Below, one piece after another: positions 14,226 through 18,312 of a DNA stretch of 18,312 bases. Numbering within the stretch: the stretch's first letter is position 1; every line of letters starts with the position of its first letter. The notes below the pieces were generated by a model that saw only the letters and a program-made list of their open reading frames with translations, did not search any database and was not told the DNA's origin. A program made the position numbers and the translations under genes. Source of the stretch: Richelia sp. CSU_2_1 (GTDB lineage: Bacteria > Cyanobacteriota > Cyanobacteriia > Cyanobacteriales > Microcoleaceae); contig JAAUPF010000142.1 in the NCBI GenBank assembly GCA_012034575.1, forward strand, positions 1 through 18,312, written 5' to 3'.

Positions 14226-16709
14226 ATGAATACCAGCGAACTAAAACGCGATAACAAAGGTGAAACTTTGGGAATTTCTAGCGGCATTATTCGCCTGAAG
14301 CCGCAGCAATACATTCATGTCATCGATAACAACACGGGCATTACCAGGCTAGAAGTCGGCCCGCAAACAATCACTTTGCGCGACCACGAACGGCTGATTT
14401 TAAGACCGGAACCGATGCTAATCGTGCCGCCGCGCTACTATTGCATTGTTGCTAATCCCGTCCTCCGTGATGCAGAAAATCAACCGATTGCTGACCCTCA
14501 CGGACAAATTAAATTGCGCTACGGCGATGCAGAAGTTCGCTTTGCTCAAGAACCTTTTGCCCTGTATCCGGGAGAAGAATTAGAGCAGGATGTGACTCGC
14601 TTGCAGGTTGTCGAAACCAATCAAGCATTGCGCCTCCGAGCACTGCGAGATTTTGCAGATACTCCTCCCATGCGGGGCAGCCACGGGGGGATTGCCCCTA
14701 CAGCAACGGCAGGAGAAAGTGAATCTGAAGGTCAAACAATTAATCGTTTGGCTGGGGATGAATGGCTGTTTGAAGGGCCGGGAACTTATTTGCCGCGCGT
14801 GGAAGTTGAAGTTGTAGAAACGGTGAAATCTGTAGTAATTAAACCGAATCAAGCTTTGCGCTTAATCGCCCGACAATCTTGTACTGACAGGCAAGGAAAC
14901 CGCCGCCGCGCTGGTGAAGAATGGTTGGTGAGGGATGAAGGTGCTTATTTGCCGGGAGTTGATGAAGCTGTTGTCAACATTATTAATGCTTGTGTTTTAA
15001 CGGAACGGAAAGCCCTGCATTTGAAGGCTAAACGCACTTTTACTGATGTTTTCGGGCGGCAGAGAAAAGCGGGCGATGAATGGTTGGTGACGTTTGAAGA
15101 TGCAGAAATTCACATTCCCGACGTGTACGAAGAAGTAGTAGGAGAAGTAGAAATTGCTACTTTGGGCGATCGTCAATGGTGTATTGTTCTCGATCCAATT
15201 GATGCGGATGGTAAGCCTCAATTGGGACTGAAAGAAGTCCGCCAGGGTCGAGCTTCTTTTTTCCTGCATCCGGGAGAATCTTTGGAAGGCGGGATTCAAA
15301 CAGTTTACGTTCTCAGCGAACAAGAAGCACTGTTATTGAGAGCGAAAGAAGCTTTTAATGAGGGAGAAAGCGACAATCTAGTTTCCCACCAACCGGGGGA
15401 TTTATGGATGATTTCCGGACCGCGCGATTACATTCCCCGCGTCGAAGTAGAAGTTGTGGAAAAGCGAAAAGCGATTCCTCTGGATAAGAATGAAGGCATT
15501 TACGTGCGCGATATCCAAACAGGAGAACTCCGATTAGTGGGCGGGCCGCAAGCATATATGCTGAGTCCTTACGAGGAACTTTGGGAAAAAGAATTGCCGC
15601 CAGTTGTTGAAGAATTGCTAGCACAAAAAAGCGATCCGATTTCCGATCGCGGAATGCAGCAATTGCGCGGTGTTGCCCACTCGGAAATGCAGGTTTTGCG
15701 GGATAAAACCAGGGCAGTTGTGTTCCACGTTCCCCAAAATTCCGCAGTGCAAATTCACGATTACAAAAATCGCACTGCCCGCACTGTATTCGGGCCGGAT
15801 TTGGTGATGTTGGGGCCGGATGAAGCGTTTACAGTTCTCAGTTTGTCTGGCGGCAAACCGAAAAAGCCGAATGCGATTAAATCTTTAGCTTTGTTGCTGG
15901 GTCCAGATTTTATGACTGATGTTTTTACTGTAGAAACATCGGATCACGCTCGCTTGCAAATTCAGCTATCTTATAACTGGTATTTCGATCTCGTGCGGCA
16001 CGACGAACAAGCGGCGGCAAAACTGTTTCAAGTTCCCGATTTTGTAGGAGATGCTTGCAAGGCAATTGCCTCTCGGGTTCGCGGTGCAGTTGCGGGAGAA
16101 AAGTTTGATGAATTCCACCGCAATTCGGCACGAATTATCCGCCATGCTGTATTTGGCGTCAGCGAAGACGGTCGGATCGGAGATGAATTTCGGTTTAAAA
16201 CTAACAGTTTGGTCATTACTAATATTGACATTCAATCAGTCGAACCGATCGATGAAGCAACGTTAAAAAGTTTGCAAAAATCGGTACAAATTGCAATTCA
16301 AATTACCACTGACGCTCAAGAAGCTGCTGCGAAGCACGATGCAGCCCGCATCGAACAAGAGGCAAAAGCTAGATTGGAAAGACAGGCAATTGTAGATAAG
16401 GGTGCGGCGGAATCCGAACGCAAAAATCTGTTAGAATTGCAGGCAGAAAATATTGCGATCGAATCTACCGGGCACGCGACAGCCGAAGCGAGGGCGAAAG
16501 CAGAAGCAGCGCGAATTCAAGGCGAATTAGCAGTGAATTTGGCACAGCAGGAAGCGGAAGCAGCCAGAATTCGCGCCGAGGGAGAATTGGCGCAAATGAG
16601 GGCCAGACAGGAAGCAGAATTAGCCCACCAACAAGCCCTAAGCACTCTAGAAATTGAGAAAGCCCAGCGAATGGCGGAAATTACCAGTGCGGAATTCCGG
16701 GAAAAGTAG
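14226..16709 (+). CDS. mvp: Major vault protein (MVP) homolog, full set of domains (MVP repeats, shoulder, cap-helix).
   Basis: It is collinear with metazoan MVP from the N-terminus: QQYIHVIDNNTGITRLEVGPQT...VPPRYYCIVANPV (human [25 protein letters not shown]...VPPRHYCTVANPV). Near-exact blocks include AGDEWLFEGPGTYLPR, NEGIYV, TVLSLS, LLGPDF and VPDFVGDACKAIASRVRGAVA. The Ala/Glu-rich C-terminal coiled coil (AKHDAARIEQEAKARLERQ ... ESTGHATAEARAKAEAARIQGE ...) matches the cap-helix. Confidence 0.95.
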   Translation: MNTSELKRDNKGETLGISSGIIRLKPQQYIHVIDNNTGITRLEVGPQTITLRDHERLILRPEPMLIVPPRYYCIVANPVLRDAENQPIADPHGQIKLRYGDAEVRFAQEPFALYPGEELEQDVTRLQVVETNQALRLRALRDFADTPPMRGSHGGIAPTATAGESESEGQTINRLAGDEWLFEGPGTYLPRVEVEVVETVKSVVIKPNQALRLIARQSCTDRQGNRRRAGEEWLVRDEGAYLPGVDEAVVNIINACVLTERKALHLKAKRTFTDVFGRQRKAGDEWLVTFEDAEIHIPDVYEEVVGEVEIATLGDRQWCIVLDPIDADGKPQLGLKEVRQGRASFFLHPGESLEGGIQTVYVLSEQEALLLRAKEAFNEGESDNLVSHQPGDLWMISGPRDYIPRVEVEVVEKRKAIPLDKNEGIYVRDIQTGELRLVGGPQAYMLSPYEELWEKELPPVVEELLAQKSDPISDRGMQQLRGVAHSEMQVLRDKTRAVVFHVPQNSAVQIHDYKNRTARTVFGPDLVMLGPDEAFTVLSLSGGKPKKPNAIKSLALLLGPDFMTDVFTVETSDHARLQIQLSYNWYFDLVRHDEQAAAKLFQVPDFVGDACKAIASRVRGAVAGEKFDEFHRNSARIIRHAVFGVSEDGRIGDEFRFKTNSLVITNIDIQSVEPIDEATLKSLQKSVQIAIQITTDAQEAAAKHDAARIEQEAKARLERQAIVDKGAAESERKNLLELQAENIAIESTGHATAEARAKAEAARIQGELAVNLAQQEAEAARIRAEGELAQMRARQEAELAHQQALSTLEIEKAQRMAEITSAEFREK

Positions 16710-16725
16710 AGGCTATCGGGCCTGA

Positions 16726-16935
16726 AACTTTGAAAGCAATGGCACAAGGCAGATCGTTGGCTTCGACAACATCGCCGCCATCAAGCCGCTGCTCACTGAC
16801 GGTCGCGTGCTCGCCACTGCCGACCAGCAAGGCGACAAGCTCGCTGTTTTCGGCATCGAAGCCGCGCTCAAAGTGCTGAAAGACAAGACCACACCGGCCG
16901 ATCAACAAACGCCGGTGGATGTAGTAGTGAAGTGA
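16726..16935 (+). pseudogene. 3'-terminal fragment (about 70 codons) of a periplasmic sugar-binding protein gene (RbsB/LacI-type PBP). It has GC3-rich codon usage unlike the rest of the window.
   Basis: The open frame encodes ...QIVGFDNIAAIKPLLTDGRVLATADQQGDKLAVFGIEAALKVLKDKTTPADQQTPVDVVVK*. This is the typical C-terminal hinge and end of ribose/xylose-type binding proteins (VVGFD...DGK.LATVAQ.P...G...A..LKG.....VD..VV.K). No N-terminal part or start codon is present. Confidence 0.5.
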
Positions 16936-17004
16936 GATTTAGGATACGTTTCAGAGAAAATAGCTTTTGAGTAATTTAAACTGGCAGTTTAGATTTCTCA
17001 AAAC

Positions 17005-17612
17005 ATGAAACCAGTAAATCGAGACATTGAAAAGCATCTGATGCTCGCAGCCAAGAGCTTTCCAGCAACGGTTGTCACCGGCCCACGAAGATCAGGGAAG
17101 ACTTACTTATTGAAGCGTCTGCTCCCTGCGGCGGAGTATTATCTGTTTGAAGACCCAGACATCATCTCGCGTTTCAGGCAGGACCCACAGGGCTTTCTGG
17201 ATGGAGTGAAACCGCCGGTGATTCTGGATGAGATTCAAAACTTGCCGGAAGTGTTTAACTACGTCCGCAGTCGCATTGATGCGCACCCGCGCAAGATGGG
17301 GCAGTGGTTCCTCACGGGCTCACAGGAAGCCGGGTTGATGCGGAATGTGACGGAGTCCATGGCTGGTCGAGCCGCGGTGCTGCAACTCCGCCCGCTCTCA
17401 ACGCGGGAAAGCCCCAAAGTGAATCTGTTCCGGGGGGCTATCCCGAGGTTGTGGCGCGGCCAGGTGCGCGCGGCAATGGTTCAATGCATACGTGCAGACC
17501 TATCTCGAGCGGGACGTGCGGCAGGTGACGGCCGTGCGAGACCTCGCGACGTTTCGGCGGTTCCTGGCCTTGACCGCGGCGCAGACGGGGCAATTGCTCA
17601 ACAAGACGACGA
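17005..17612 (+). pseudogene. AAA-ATPase of the AAA_14/DUF4143 family. It is disrupted by at least two frameshifts and C-terminally truncated.
   Basis: In frame 1 the sequence GPRRSGKTYLLKRL...VILDEIQNLPEVFNYVRSRIDA...WFLTGSQEAGL...LQLRPLS is present. The family motif GGYPEV then appears in a second frame (17304 ORF). The motif YLERDVRQV..RDLATFRRFLALTAAQTGQLLNKTTIA appears in a third frame (17492 ORF). Nothing family-like follows about 17612. It is GC-rich. Confidence 0.55.
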
Positions 17613-17829
17613 TCGCCGCGGGAACCATGTGTTCAGGCAGAGTCTGCCGCAGGTGCGACCGGCGGGATAGAGTTGAAAAAACCGGCGGAACCAGTGGTCG
17701 CAGTTGGGCCGGTGGTGCACGGGCCGCAGCGGATCGAGCACGGCCACTGCGCCGAACTTAGCCGCCTCCGAAGCACCGTAGGCTCGCTGCTCCACCGCAC
17801 CGCCGTAGGCGGCAAATGTGTTGAGTTTC

Positions 17830-18258
17830 GTGGCATGTTGGTATTCTACTGGAACAATCCACCATCACCTGTTTCAGGCAGTCCGACAAGTGAATGGTTC
17901 AACTTTGTGGGCAAACCTACATTTGTTGTTCTGGTTATCATTATTTCCCTTTGTCACCGCATGGATGGGTAAAAATCACTTTGCTGCGTTGCCTGTGGCG
18001 CTTTATGGTGTGGTTCTATTATTGGCTGCGATCGCCTACTTCACTCTGACCCGCACACTTATTTTTTACCACGGTCAAGATTCCACACTTGCAAACGCTC
18101 TTGGTCGGAATTTTAAAGGCAAGTTATCGGTATTGATTTATGCAGTTACAATTCCACTTGCTTTTGCAATCCCTGGGCTTGCATGTGCATTATACGTTCT
18201 GGTTGCAGTTCTGTGGCTCATTCCCGATCGTCGTATTGAAAAGGCGTTGAACTCATAA
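17830..18258 (+). pseudogene. DUF1211 (TMEM175-like K+ channel family) membrane protein gene, missing its N-terminal part and carrying a frameshift near its 5' end.
   Basis: The family block is (F)YWNN | HHHLFQAVRQVNGSTLWANLHLLFWLSLFPFVTAWMGKNHFAALPVALYGVVLLLAAIAYF...ALGRNFKGKLSVLIYAVTIPLAFAIPGLACALYVLVAVLWLIPDRRIEKAL. The YWNN part is in the frame of the 17673 ORF, and HHHLF onward is in the frame of the 17818 ORF. The expected approximately 50-aa N-terminal TM segment is absent. It contains a HIP1 octamer (gcgatcgc near 18028). Confidence 0.55.
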
Positions 18259-18312
18259 AGTTCCATGTTCGATGCAACAAAAACCAGCTAACAAGCCCTC
18301 TGCACCAGAACG

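Noticed and set aside
16744-16935. Possibility that the GC-rich fragment after the MVP stop is the frameshifted MVP C-terminus (LLTDGR resembles MVP LITDGS).
   Set aside because: The longer match is to the C-terminal hinge and end of RbsB-type periplasmic binding proteins (VVGFD...DG..LAT.AQ......G....A..LKG......VD..VV.K). Codon usage also switches abruptly to GC3-rich. Only the short stretch at 16703-16750 in the -1 frame is MVP-like.
17673-17972. 99-aa ORF 17673..17972 and the ORFs 17304..17528 and 17492..17761 as independent genes.
   Set aside because: Their translations contain consecutive conserved segments of single families (DUF4143 ATPase; DUF1211) that belong to one protein each. 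They therefore represent alternative frames of frameshifted pseudogenes, not separate genes.

Overview
This window looks cyanobacterial, probably from a filamentous Oscillatoriales-type genome. The octamer GCGATCGC (HIP1) occurs many times, for example near 896, 1785, 3063, 6226, 9467 and 18028. Heptanucleotide tandem repeats (CAACTGT, GGTAATT/GGGAATT) sit in several intergenic spacers, and GTG/TTG starts are common. The supportable gene content, in order, is as follows. (1) A 5'-truncated TPR-repeat protein with an internal 240-bp tandem duplication. (2) An isochorismatase-family cysteine hydrolase. (3) A TVP38/TMEM64 (DedA/VTT) membrane protein, followed by (4) a class-I FAD/NAD(P) disulfide oxidoreductase with the CLNVGCVPSK active site. 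(5) A Uma2-family endonuclease. (6) A phage T4-like polynucleotide kinase-phosphatase (Pnk). (7) A phage T4 Rnl1-like RNA ligase. (8, 9) Two paralogous secreted proteins that share a Cys-containing C-terminal domain. (10, 11) A Panacea (DUF4065) domain protein whose stop abuts a small RelE/ParE-like ORF, consistent with a PanA/PanT-type toxin-antitoxin pair. (12) hemC. (13) A cytoplasmic trypsin-like (S1) serine protease. (14) A full-length major vault protein (MVP) homolog of 827 aa with striking identity to metazoan MVP. The final 1.6 kb is a mosaic of gene fragments: a GC3-rich C-terminal fragment of a sugar-binding periplasmic protein, a multiply frameshifted AAA-ATPase (DUF4143) pseudogene, and a frameshifted, N-truncated DUF1211 (TMEM175-like) gene. 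The composition changes abruptly exactly where the MVP gene ends. The most interesting content is the bacterial MVP gene, with a duplicated palindromic element upstream of it, the separate Pnk + Rnl1 RNA-repair gene pair, and the Panacea-linked two-gene module. No rRNA, tRNA or CRISPR array was found.
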